A DNA stretch of 63,971 nt, counting the filler, from Reclinomonas americana ATCC 50394 (taxonomy: Eukaryota), in assembly GCA_048213135.1 (NCBI GenBank). It is 19 parts of 19 records of this genome, joined end to end, with 100 filler letters (N's around TTAATTAATTAA, not from the genome) between each part and the next. Parts side by side here need not be neighbours in the genome. Positions count along the whole stretch, not along the records: positions 10,510 to 12,303 come from AFZH01023229.1; positions 12,404 to 17,946 come from AFZH01023230.1; positions 18,047 to 20,660 come from AFZH01023231.1; positions 20,761 to 40,206 come from AFZH01023232.1; 15 more parts are not named here. One strand, given 5' to 3'. Position numbers and translations under genes: made by a program. The notes beneath the pieces were generated by a model. The model was not told the origin of the DNA. It saw nothing but the letters and a program-made list of their open reading frames with translations, and did not search any database. Shown piece by piece: positions 11,292 through 23,634 of this stretch. Position 1 is the first letter of the stretch. The number at the start of each line of letters is the position of its first letter.

Positions 11292-12303
11292 TCACACATC
11301 CTCATCCACCTCGTCCGTCTCCATCTCATCCGTCTCCGAATCCGCTTGTGGCACCTGAGATGACGGCTTGCGTCGCTTGCGTGCAAGTTCATCGTCGACG
11401 ATCAAGTGTGATCCGTCACGAAGGTGCTTTCCACTGCGGCGACGTGGCGCTGGTTCCGCCGGGGGTGCTGCCGGGGGTGGAGGCGGCGGTGGTGACAGCA
11501 ACCAACCAGCGGGCGCAGGCGGGCTGCGTGGATCGCACCGTACGCAGTGAGATGACAACTGCGACACATGTAGACCCAGCTGGCCAGTGCGCACGTGCGT
11601 GTACTTACCCAACCAATTGCACGGCGTCACTGCTGCGTGGAAAAGGTAATGCCACTGCTCCTCCTCGCGGTGCTTCTGTTTTCGGCAGCGGTTCCTCAAT
11701 CGCGAGCGCGATGCAGCAGATGTTCTTGGCTGCTGACCCGTCACGCGAAACTGGCACGTTGTGAAGCCTGCAGCGTGAATTCTTACACCTCAAAACCTTC
11801 CGCGTACCAGGAGCCGGGTTAAATGGTTTGCCGCAAGAACAGTAGCGAGTCGTGAATCCCTCGGTGGGTTGGACAAAGATGATGGGCCGCAATCCGAGGA
11901 GAGCGCGCCTTGCGTTGGCCTTGTCGATCTACACGAGACGAAGAGTGAGTGCTGGAGTGGGACACTTCACACAAAGAGAGAGACAGAGAGAGACACGCAC
12001 CGCGCGCTTCAGCCTGGTTACAAACTGACCGTGCCCATCGCCGAGCATAGATCGCGTCGTGGATGACAAGATGACGCGGCGTTTTGTCTCGCTCGTGCCG
12101 TTGGCGTAGTCTCGCTGAGTCCAGCGCGCTGCCATGCTGCTCACCGATTGACTGAACATGGGGATGATGAGCGTCGTAAACAACGCAATCAGGCTGCATG
12201 TGTGACAGTGAATCACAAGGAGACGCAGGCGCGCACACCAGCCAACCGCCACGCCCGCAACTAGTGAATCACAGAGATGTGGAAACTGGTGCGGATGCGC
12301 GCG
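11292..12303 (-). CDS. Spliced Fanzor2/TnpB-like RuvC nuclease gene, 5' truncated (exons 12303-12262, 12193-12001, 11928-11609, 11523-11292)
   Basis: Joining three GT-AG introns gives ..FHISVIHYLIALFTTLIIPMF..VSSM..ILSSTTRSMLGDGHGQFVTRLK..PTEGFTTRYCSCG..VLRCKNSRC..SRDGSAAKNI. The last intron and exon are less certain. Confidence 0.8.
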
Positions 12304-12403
12304 NNNNNNNNNNNNNNNNNNNNNNNNNNNNNNNNNNNNNNNNNNNNTTAATTAATTAANNNNNNNNNNNNNNNNNNNNNNNNNNNNNNNNNNNNNNNNN
12401 NNN

Positions 12404-12735
12404 GAGAGAGAGAGAGAGAGAGATAGGGGAAGGGTAGAGAGGAGCACAGCAGCAAAGGGGAGAAGAGTGAAGACTGGAAGGCGAGAAGATGAGAGTGACA
12501 AGAGGGGGAGAGTGAAGCGGGAGAGCGGCGAAGAGAAAGTAGGAGAGCACGGTAAGGGAGGATGAGAGTGACATGTGGTGAGTAAGAGCAAATGGAGGAA
12601 GAGAGAGAGAGAGAGAGAGAGATAGGGGAAGGGTAGAGCACAGAGCAAAGGGAGAATGAGTGGGGATAGGGTATAGGAGCGAAAGGGAGAGAATGAAGTA
12701 GAGTGAAATACATAGAGAGTGTGTGAGAGAGAGAG
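12404..12735. repeat. Purine-rich low-complexity / (GA)n microsatellite tract
   Basis: (GA)n runs, and GAGAGAGATAGGGGAAGGGTAGAG occurring twice. Confidence 0.85.
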
Positions 12736-12739
12736 GCTC

Positions 12740-15700
12740 ACTTTTGCGAAGAATGGCCTTGTCCTTGCGAGACTGCTGACCCGAGCTGGCGAACAGATCC
12801 ACAGCAGCGGCGACGGCGGCATCGGCATTGTCGCCGTGCACCGCAGCTCGCCTGTTTGTAACGACGTCCATGTACTGACGTTTCCGCTTGGCGATCATAA
12901 TGTCGCACACGAGCGGGCACTCGCTCGTGCCGCATTCCATAACGACTGTCGCCAGCTTGCGCTCCATACGACGTCGCCACACCGCATCGTTCTTCGTCTC
13001 CATCACGAATCGCGTGAGAGTGTCATTGACGCGCTTTCGCACGGCTGTCGCTGTCGCTGCACGGCCAGAGAGTGATGAGCGAGAGAGAAAGAGAAGAGCG
13101 GTGGGAGACGAGTGAAACACCAACCGACAGAGGTTGCTTCTCCTCCTCCTCCGCCGCCGGCAACCAACGTCGACCAATTTCGCTCCTTACGCATTTCGCC
13201 TGGTAACACGATGAACATTGCGTCAACGCAAGATAGCGAGAGAGAGAGAACAGGATCGCAGTGTACACACCGGCAACAGCACGCCATGACAACACATTGA
13301 CGAAGAGTGTGCCCGTGGTCGCGACAACGTCCTTCAAGCAAGAGTCAAGATGCCGAAGCGCTTGGAGTCGGGCACGATCTGCGTCCGAGAGCGCCAGCTG
13401 CCGCTCCTGCAAGGCCTTGGCCGCCGTCTGAACTGCCGACAGTTGCGGTCCTTGTAATCGCGCTTGCGAGTCGTCGAACCATCGTTGCTCAATGCACAGG
13501 AGAGCGGCAACAACTTCGGCACGCTGAACGGCCGGCAGTTCATCGTCAGCAGCCGGCGGCGCATGTGCCGCGTGAGCGGCGGTCAGCGCACTGGTCAGTC
13601 GGGAGCTGCTAGACAGCAATCGGCAGGCGTGTTGCTGTACCGCGTCGACATAGGCAATCGCTCCGCCAACCAGCTCACGGGGAACGGCCAGGAGTCGAGC
13701 CATAGCAGGCACGTCACCGTCCGGGTCCACATCAATCTCCATGAGCTGATCTGACTCCACGGCCAATTGCAGCGAGCGCCGCAGTTCGGCAATCGCCTGC
13801 AGCTTGTCCCGGTCGCCACGCTTACTCAACACAGCTAGGAGCGTCATGTGCGGGTCATCAAACAGCTGGTTGACGGACGATTCTGCGGACTGCATCTGCT
13901 GCGTGAAGAGGTCGATGTGAATGCGGATTGCGGAGGTCAGCTGCGCCTTGACACGTGCGTCAATGCCCGATGCGTGTGCACGAGCTTCAAACACTGCAAT
14001 GGAGGGGACGTACGTGAGATGGTGGTGCAAATTGCAAGAGAGAAAGACCAAAGGAGAGAGCGAGAGAAAGGCCAAGGGAGGAAGAGAGAGAAGAGAGAGA
14101 GATCAAGGGAGAGAGAGAGAGAAAGGGAGAGAGTGGTGCGTACCATTTTTCTGCTTGTGATAAGAGCGGCAGAGGCTGCTGGCACAGTGTCTGACAGCGT
14201 TCCACGCAGCCAAGGCAAACTTGCGGAGGTGAATGCGAAGTACTTGATCGTCTTCGGTACCAATTCTCTCGCCTCGCACGTGCATGCGCAGCAAACGCCA
14301 CGAAGTCTCTGCCAGTCGGTGCACTCTCGTAGATGAGACGGAGATACAAAAGAAGAGCAATCATAAGAATGCGTGCGCACCTAGGTCGTCGGCAGCCTCA
14401 CACACGGTGGCCGAGAATGCTGAGTCTGCCGACGCCGCCACCAAAGTCAGAACGCGCAGCAATGCGTGCACGACCACATCGGCGGCGTCCATGATGCCAA
14501 CGTTGACGCTTGCAGCCACCCGATCCCAGATCCCAGGCAACATCTCCACCACCCGCAGCAATCCGTAGACTCCGCAAGAGACGAGCATTTTTGCCTCTTG
14601 CTCGGATGCGCCGACATCACCGCCGGCGGCGAGCAGCGTGATGAATGATTGCAAAAGTTCATCGTCGTCGTGCTCCCTGTCGACCGCCGAGCATCGCGTC
14701 AACCACTCAAGTCGCTGCCTCGCCACCTGCAGCTCAGAGGCGAGCCCCACGCATTGTCGCACGCGGGCCACGGCATCAAGAGCATCTGGCACATCACCGC
14801 TTTGTCGACCCGAGTCCTCGCGCACCGGCATCGACGACAGAGCGTGGCGAGCATTCTCCACTGCTACGGTGGCGCACTCGCCAAGCAACTCACACACTGA
14901 AGACAGGTTGCCGGAATCACTCGGGTCCACAACAGCGGGCCCAGGTTGTTGTGGTTGCTGCGCATGCTCAGCAGTCGCGTGATACAACTCAAGTGTCTTG
15001 AGCATGAGACTCGTCTCAGCCACACGAAGAGACACGGTGGGCGCGACAGCGGCCACGGCGACATTCTCGTATGCTGCACGCGCGTACAATGCACAAAACG
15101 ACGATTGAAACGGTGAACACACACGTATCGACTGGAGTCACCATCACCCATCGCAACGTACCAGCGTTTCGCAGCGTCTGTCGCGCAAGTGACTGCACCT
15201 CCTCGGTCAACATTTGCGGCAATCCAGACGCAGACAGCTGCTTGTCCACCACAACCGCCGACGGTGTCTTGGAAAAGCTGACGCGATGGATGCACACAAC
15301 GTCGACGAGATTCTGCGTCAGAGCACTCGGCGGCGGCGGTGGAGTGTTCCAGCGTGCTTTCCATTGCGAGAGAATGCGACGCTTCGCATCGGAGAGGAAG
15401 CGCCGCGCCGCATCAAACAACTTTCCCGAGAGTTGCAGCAACTCGTAGTTGCAACTCAACAGATCTTCTCGGCAGGCTTGTCGTAGATCGGCAGCACGGC
15501 CTTGGCATGTATGCGCCAGTCTAGCGACAAACTCATCGCTGCGTGGAGAGTGTGTGAAAATCAGTATTGCGCGAGCACTTCTCACACACAACCAGAAAGG
15601 GAGAGAGAGAGAGAGAGAGGAAGTACCAGTCGAAAGAGGCCGGCCGCTGTTGTGCGCTGTGTGCCTCAAGAGCTTCATCGACCCCGGTCTCGAATTCGGT

Positions 15701-17850
15701 GTCGCAAAGCGCCTGAGCACGCTGTTGTGCAGAAGCGTGCAACGTCGAGGTTCTCGCAGTTGCACCGACGCACAGCTCCTGTTGGAGGCACCGCATGAGC
15801 GCCAACAGCACTGCACACACCATGCACAAAGAATCAGTGAGCTGAGCGTGTGAGGCACACGCAAGAGTGCAAGGTTTACGCACAGCCTCGAATGGATGAT
15901 TCCTCGTCAACCACTTCGTCGTCGTCGTCTTCCTCCTCATTCTCCACCTCATCCTCCTCCTCGTCCTTCTTCTCCTCGGCAGCTGGCCCCCGCACGCATT
16001 GGTGCCGATCGACGACGTTCTCCACCGCCTGGGCAACGGCCACCAACGAGAGCGGGGCTGAGGCGTTACGGCACAGACCGGCAACGCACGCGGCGCACGA
16101 CTCGATCAACGCCTTAGCGTCTGCACGACACGCAGCCTTCCAAGTCTGACCAGTGACACACTGCGCCGCCAGTCGCGCAGCCCATCTCCGCAGCGAGTCA
16201 GCCAGTCGCTGCAATGGGGCGTGCACCGCAGGATGGGAGATGCTCAGGATGCAGCTGGAGGACTCCGGCACCGGCACGGCAGCAGGTGCTCTCGCTGTGT
16301 AAGCGCGCGCAACGTGCTGTATGAGTGGTGCGCCATGCAGGTTTCGCGCGCGCGCTTGACGGACGTGTCACTCACCTACGGGCTCCTTTTTCTTCTTTGA
16401 TGGTGCGGCCGGGAAGAGTGCGCACACCAGCTTCCTGCATTGGTCACCTGTAGGAGAGAGAAAGCGAAAAGAGAAAGAGTGAGAAAAACGAAAAATCTTG
16501 CATTGGCAGAGAGAAACGTAACGACAGTCTTGCAGTGCGTCGTGCAGCTTCTCCGCCAGATTGGCGGACGACCGTCGCAGGCGATCGACATGTGCGACGA
16601 CAGCTTCAGCTGCGTCCACGTCACCGGCCTCGAATGAACTGTAAAATTCTGTGAAATCAACCCACCATAATCAGCTGTCCTGCAGCTGTCCCTGTCACTC
16701 CCAAACACACAGTCAACACACGCATAGCACACACCATCGAAGAGCATCACATCCGTCATCACGTGCAGCAGCCTGGCGAAGGAAGCATGCCCATTCTGGA
16801 ATGCTAACGTGGCCAGGCTCAGTTGCGATTCGGCAAACGGGTCGCTCCCTGACCTCAACTGTGGCCGTGGTATCTGGTCGAGAAACCGCTTCACGGCATC
16901 AGAGTCGTTTACATCGGCGTAGGCACTTGCAGGTTCCTGGCCGATGTAGGCGAAAGAGAATGACAAGAACAGTGCATTCTGCTGAGCTTCACGCAGAACA
17001 CCGAGGTCCGCATCATCTGTGCACCATAGCCACAGGTGCGCGGTGTGGTGAGTGATTGCAAAGGAGCAAGTCATCCTCTTGTCTCTCTCTCTCTCTCTCT
17101 CTCTCTGCTGCGCGCTGCTGGGCCCGGGTATGTTCACATGCGCCCTCTCCCTCTTCAGATGTCTCTCGTTCACTGATTCTCGTATTCTCTCAATCTCTCT
17201 CTCTCTGCGTGTGTTTGTTTGTTTGTTTGAGACCAACGTACCATATTCTCGTGCACGTGTGCTCATGAGGACGGCGAAACGACCTGCGAAGAAAAATTGT
17301 AAGGACTTATCGTCTACTCGCACGCTCCCTCGATCGCTCTTCAGTCCATCGCCGCTCTTCTCTCTCTCTCTTGTATCTCTTCCATCCCTTGAGCTTGCCT
17401 CTCTTGTTTGTGTATCTCTGACTTGCTTACCAGCAGCGTGGAGTTTTCTTCGGCACTCGGCTTGAATGTCGGTGATGATTGTGTCAACAGAATCCACCAT
17501 CGGCAAACCCTCATAATCAAGGAGAATTCTGTCGCGAATCAGCTTCTGCATGGAGTTCTCGAGAATGCTCGTTGCTGTCGCGTAGTCTGCATGCGACAAC
17601 AGTAACCAGTGAGCAAGCGAGAACAGTGAAAATGGGAACACGCGCGCACAAAGACAACCCACCTCTCCGCTTCTTGTCCGTGGCACACAGTATGTCAGCA
17701 AAAACGTACTTCGCTGCCAGCAGCTGCACAGTCCGGCGCATTTCCTTCGCCATAAAGTTGGTCCCGTTGAAAGCGGACTCGGCCGTCTGAGAGCAAGACA
17801 AGAGGACAATGGATGATGAGGACCTTGATCGAGGGGGATCCTGCAGTCAT
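12740..17850 (-). CDS. Multi-exon eukaryotic gene(s) of unknown function (large helical protein)
   Basis: Successive coding-like minus-strand frames (e.g. 13100-14010, 14370-15080, 15130-15545, 17440-17590) separated by CT-rich GT-AG introns. No recognisable motif. Boundaries approximate. Confidence 0.5.
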
Positions 17851-18469
17851 GGAAGGGCAAGAAGAAGGACAAGAGGAAGAGGATGAACGAGAACAAGAAC
17901 TAGAAGGAGAAGAAGAAGAAGATGGTGGTGGAGGAGGAGGAGAGAGNNNNNNNNNNNNNNNNNNNNNNNNNNNNNNNNNNNNNNNNNNNNTTAATTAATT
18001 AANNNNNNNNNNNNNNNNNNNNNNNNNNNNNNNNNNNNNNNNNNNNCAGCTCATGTCCACCTGTCCGCCAACGGCTGCAGACGCCACAGCACGAGCATCG
18101 ACAGAGCAGTGGAGCTGAATGTCCCCGCCGCTGTCACCGCGTGCAATGAGTCTCGCCACACCGCGTGGAATCGGCAGCGCGAAAACAAGCGGCAGCAAGC
18201 TGCACCACGCCCAGCCCACAGTCAAGACAAAAGCCAAAATGACAGCGCACACTAATCGCAGCTGTGGTGACGAAACATGGCTCGCTCCAGCTCCCCGTCA
18301 GCGCCAAACACGTACTCAATCGCTCCGCCGGCAGGCTGGTTGAGCAACAGAGGCAATTGCACCTTCGAGTCGAGAATGGAGTGGTCGTATTGTTTGACGC
18401 CGGGTCTGCGTTACGCACGCTGCAGTGAGTGCACAGCTAAACATAAATGAGTCCATTCAATCGCGATAT

Positions 18470-20580
18470 TACCTTCCGCGAACGGCTTGGGAGTGCGATG
18501 AATACTGCTTGAGGAGGGTGACGAGCATTTGATGTTTTCTGTGGACATCAGGCGGTGCAATCACTCGACCATGGCCTGCAGCGCCTTCCTCGTCACTGGT
18601 GGTGCACAGACAGTTACAGTCAGCATTGGCAACCAATCCGCAACAATTCGGGCCCCATGCACACACACGTACCCGGCATTCGGATTGTCGAAGGCAATGA
18701 AGTGCGAGCGACTTTCGTCGCTCGTGCACGCCAAGGCTGCCAAAAACCTCAGAAAAGAGGGCGGACAGATGCCGGGCGAGAGCAAGATGGAGCCAATGAA
18801 AGGGCATCTTCGCGCAAGGCCGAGAATGATGTGGAGAACAGAACTCAAAGTTTTCTTCTTCAGCAACTTGGTTATCGCGCTCGCTTGGCGAACGTCGTTG
18901 GCATGGGCAAGAGAAAAACGCAATGTCTATACATAAAAAACGCGCGCATGAGGCCAGAATCGAGGTGCACAATCGCAGCGCAGCGACAAAATACGATACA
19001 TACCGACAGCTCATCAGCACTCTCAGCAGGAAGTATGCCGTGCGTCGCAATCAGCGCCACCAGAAAACGCACAGTGTGCAACATTGTCGCTGTGAAGGAG
19101 AGCATACTCTTCTTCAGTGGATCGCGCACGTCGCCGATGTTCACAGGCGCGTTGGCGAACACAAGGCTGCTGGTCGACTTCGCCTGCAAGTGTTGCGTGA
19201 GCAGTGAGCCGCAAAACAACACTTGATCGCACACACACACCTTCGCAGCTGTGGACTGCTTGTCTGCATCACCCGTCGGCGGCGGGTGAACAAAAATCGC
19301 CGGTACCCGTGGTGGCGCACGTGGCGGTGGCGGTGGCGGCGGCGGCGGCGGCGGTGCGCCCTCTGCGTCGACTCCTGCCCCTGCGGGCGCCGCAGCTGTT
19401 GCGTCACTGCCACTGTCGGCACGAGCAGAGCGCGTTGGAGGCGGCGCAAGTGTGGCAACCGGGTCGCTCATGATCCCTTTGTTGCACAAGCCCTCGAAGG
19501 AGTGTCCCACAGCGCCAGACTCGAACAACTTGCGCCCCTTTTCCTTTGTGTCGATCTCCGTTTCGTCGCGCACGTACAGGTGGACGACATCCACGTCACT
19601 GCACGCCAGCGTGAACAGTTAGATGTAACTCTACACAGTGTTGTCTACATAAAGTGCAACATACCTGAGTTGGGAGGGGTCCGAGTCGAGAATGACTTGC
19701 AGCATCTCCTTCACCACAAGCGACATTGGGGTGGAGAAACATCTGCGGAAACACAAATGCATGTTAATTATCACGAGATATCACCTACAACAACTTCAGG
19801 CACCCGCACTTTCGAAGCGACAGCTTGGATTTCATGGACTGTGCCAAGGCAACCAGAACACCATCGCCTGCTCTACTCATGAGGCGGCCGACCTCCGCCA
19901 CCAAGTCTGCTGCTGCTAGAGTCTCGGGTGGCACACAAAAAACTTGTTTCTGCGCGACGTTCCACCGCAGGAGGCAGATTGACGCGGTTATGGCAAAGTC
20001 CTGGACGTGAGAGGGCACCACCAGCGCCGGTTTCTTTCCAGCCGCAGCGCGGGATCCTGCTGAGAGCCTCTTGAAGGCCTCCTGCACAGTGCCTAGCAGT
20101 GCAGTCGTGTGTGCGAGGTCCGTCGAAGCAAACAAGCTGGGCGCACTGGGCATGCACGCACAGCCAGGACGGTGAGTAGTCTTGCGGCAGAGAAGTGGAA
20201 CCGACCAATCGCTTCGCAACTGCACGACGAGGAGGAGGAGAAACATCAGCCGCGCGTCGCTGGTGGCCGGCAGATCGAATCTTCGCTCCTTGTCGGGGTT
20301 TCCACGTGCTGCCTTCTCCCCCACACTTGTAAAAACGAGAGCGGCGTGCATGGCGGAGACTGTGGTGCGAAGTAATTAAGCTCTGAATGGCAACCGCAGG
20401 GAGCGTACAGCTCTCCTCACTCATCACTCACCTTCCTCGCTCAACAAGACATCTGCATTTCTTGTTTCAAACACTTCAACGTCTCTCTGAAAATCGTTGC
20501 AAAGTCGACGCCTTTCCGGTGGGAGCGAGGCCAGAAATAGATCTTTGCTCACCAGCAGTCGATGAAGCTGCGCATGTTTC
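18470..20580 (-). CDS. Probable multi-exon eukaryotic gene, unknown function
   Basis: Coding-like minus-strand frames (18561-18923, 19020-19594, 19785-20351) with a poly-Pro linker and plausible splice sites. Boundaries approximate. Confidence 0.4.
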
Positions 20581-21601
20581 ACAAGTATGTGAGCAAGAGA
20601 GAGAGAGGCCGAGGCATCGACACGACAAGCACGTAACGAAAAGAGAGCGGATGTATGGTTNNNNNNNNNNNNNNNNNNNNNNNNNNNNNNNNNNNNNNNN
20701 NNNNTTAATTAATTAANNNNNNNNNNNNNNNNNNNNNNNNNNNNNNNNNNNNNNNNNNNNGGGCGCAAGTCATCTGCGCCGATCTCGCAAAGGAGCTTGA
20801 AGTCGTCTGGCGCTGGGCTGCCAACATTGGCCAGTCGCTGCGCAAGAAGCAAGGCATGCAAAGTTGGCGATGCTGTCGCTTCGAGGGCGATCGCCTCGAT
20901 AGCTTGCTGCCACGGATCCATGGGCAGTGGGTGCTCCACCGGGCCCGCCGAGAGCAACAAAAACCCAGCAGGCGCAGTCGCCATGTTTGCTGAAGCTGTG
21001 TGAGCGCGCAAATGTAAGTTAGAGGCGCGCGAGTGAGAGACATTTCCATATGCATATGCACACACGCCCAAAACACATCTTTTCGCTCACTTATACGTGC
21101 ACTACGAGAACTACTACTGTGGTCATTGAGGAGCAACACACACGTGCGCACACGCACACTGCCTCTCACCTCTTGCGTGCTTGCCAGCTTGTCCTATTTT
21201 ATTGGGGGTTACTGCGAGGTAGAATGAAATTCTACCTATAGCAGTAACCCTCTCTCTCTGCCAGCGCACCCTCCCCGTTCCTTGGACTCTGTTATTCGCC
21301 ATTTCGCGCCCTCCTCCTCGGCCACGCATCACCGCGCGACACTAACACCACCACCACACTCCTCTTTGCCTGCCATGCCAGAGCCACTCAAGAAATCGCA
21401 CAGAGAAGAGGGTGGTGAAGTAGCATCGCGTGTGTGGAGGTTTGTTGGTGAACGGAATGCGTTCACAGCGTTTTCTTGGCACCAACTTGCTCAGCGCCGA
21501 AGACTGCGCAGGAATGGCAGCCCAGCGGAGTTCCTGGTGAGGAGTCAACATGCGATGGACACCCTTGCCAAATTCGACCAGCCGCCGCATTTCGCGCGCA
21601 T

Positions 21602-21645
21602 TGATTGCGTCACACATGATTGCGTCACACTTGATTGCGTCACAC
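21602..21645 (+). repeat. 3 x 15-bp tandem repeat (TGATTGCGTCACAC-N)
   Basis: Copies start at 21602, 21617 and 21632. Confidence 0.95.
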
Positions 21646-21824
21646 CCCGTTTTGCGATCGCCATGCGAGAGCGCGCAACACCATGAACCGACGCAGCGGA
21701 AATGAAGGTGTGCTTCTCCCCTTCAATTTCGATTCGATGACTTGTGACTGATGACTGACCACGATGTTGTGCAGGAAACGGTGGGCGGCCAGAGCGAGAG
21801 ATCCGCCCTCCTGCTCGGTACGCT

Positions 21825-22862
21825 GTGGACGCGCCCGCGAGTCGCCGAGAGGGCTTGCGGAGAGAGACCGGTCTTCCAGGTCGCCTCGCCTCTGGCGATT
21901 TTGCCGTCGAGATGCGTGGCGTGAGAGGCGCCCCACCTCCACGTGGACGACGTACATCGGCACCACCCGCGCCACGTCCAGTTGCTCAACGACGTGTGGA
22001 GCGCGAGGAGGAGGAGGGGGAGGAGGAAGCCCAACGCGTGCGGCCACTGTCCCGGCGTGAACTAGATGCTCAGAGGAAGCGCCTGGCTCGAGCCAACGAA
22101 GACGCTGAACAGCGCAGACGTCGTCTGGAGGCCGACGCACAGCGGCATCGTGAAGCGCGGGCCAGGGAGAGCGCGGACGAACGAGATCGCCGACTTGCAG
22201 CAGACCGACAGCGTCATGCCGAACGGCGTGCGCGAGAACGCACCGTGGGAGCCCCCGTTGCCGAGGAGGTTGTGCCTGCCGAGGTCGATGGCGCACCGCA
22301 GTCCCCACAGGCCGAAGCATGGCAGCCGCCCCCGGGTCCATTCGGAGAATTGGAGGCCTCATGGAATCGCGCCTTTGCCGACCACAGGCAAATGCCCTGC
22401 TCGCCACTGCGACAACTTCAAGGGTCGCTGGTTCGGGTGGAAGGTCTGCGCACGGCGTGGAGCCAAACACGGTATGCAACGATCATGCGGCGCACTCACT
22501 CCACAGCTGTCTTGATCGTGCGTGCACTAACAAGACATGTCGCCACAGCTGGCCGTCTTCTGTGTGATCGGTGCGACCGCCACAAGGAAGATTCACCAGA
22601 GTTCCAACGGTGGAGCGCGGAGAACAACATTGATCTTGGCGAGCAGCGCAACGAGCTGTTGGACCTCACTACGCTTGAGCGGATGATCATTTCGCCCATC
22701 GATCTGATCATGTCGGTGCACCTGCTGGTCACCTCCAAGCACAGCAACAACCTCAACGCCAGCCACCTCGCTCAGCTGGCCTTCATGGGCCACGTCATCC
22801 ACATCCCATGGCTCTCGACGACAGCCTCGAGTTCTGCGTGCACCGATACCTGCCACTGTTGA
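21825..22862 (+). pseudogene. Frameshifted remnant of the N-terminal region of a Helitron-type RepHel protein (charged repeats plus DUF6570-like domain)
   Basis: RARESADERDRRLAADRQR repeats, and CDRC...WSAENNIDLGEQRNELLDLTTLERMIISP...GHVIHIP. No Rep or helicase motifs follow. Confidence 0.7.
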
Positions 22863-23521
22863 CAGCGGAGGTGAAGACGCAGCCGACGACATCCAGCGAC
22901 AAGTTGACGAGCTGCGCGGTCACCTGCAGTACAAACTCGACTCCATTCGAAACCATCGCCAAGGCGCCGTCGCTGAGCTCGAGGTGGCAGCTAGCGCTGC
23001 TGCACCAATTGCCGAGGTCATGGAGGCCGACCAGCAGGCCGCCGTGAGGGACGACGCCAACGCAGTCCTTCTCCAAGACAGACATGCATGCCGTTGTGCT
23101 GGTGACCGCTCCTGCAGATCACTTGCACATGCAGATCGACGTGCAGATGAGGATTTGCAGTCACAAGCGAGGCTGCTGACGAGGCGGCAGAGGAAGAGGA
23201 GGAAGAGATGTGAATAATGAAGCCAACAATGCCAACCGCCATTCCATTTCGCCTCGCAGTAACCCCCAGCTACCGCAACGCGGTGCCCCCTAGTTTTCCC
23301 AATGTAACGGACATGATACGTCCGTCGGGACACGCACAAAGATTCGAGCTAAGCGACGGAGCTGGAGGCGAGGGAGAGATCAGTGTGGAACAGAGAGGAG
23401 GAGGGGGAGAAGCATCGTCGCGCGCGATCGATCGCGACGTCTGCGCCAGCTGCATTGAGAGCAAATGCGTGTGCAAGAGAGCGCTCGCATAATGGAGACG
23501 ACAGAGCGGACGTCGACGAGA

Positions 23522-23562
<41 letters not shown>

Positions 23563-23634
23563 CTACCGAACAGGGGCATTGCGGTGCCGGATCTATATTC
23601 CGCGCGTGGCCATGTCATGCATATATATATATGT

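Larger units (their letters stand above)
21202..23293 (+). mobile_element. Internally deleted Helitron-like (Helentron/proto-Helentron-type) element
   Basis: A|TT 5' end and CTAG|T 3' end. Inverted repeats 21203-21230 / 23241-23268 (24/28 identical). 3' hairpin at 23269-23286. Internal RepHel N-terminal remnant. Confidence 0.75.

Noticed and set aside
21602..21645. Short repeats as a CRISPR array (also 25642-25799 and 62949-63017)
   Set aside because: Tandem or two-copy repeats without a series of unique spacers, and no cas genes.
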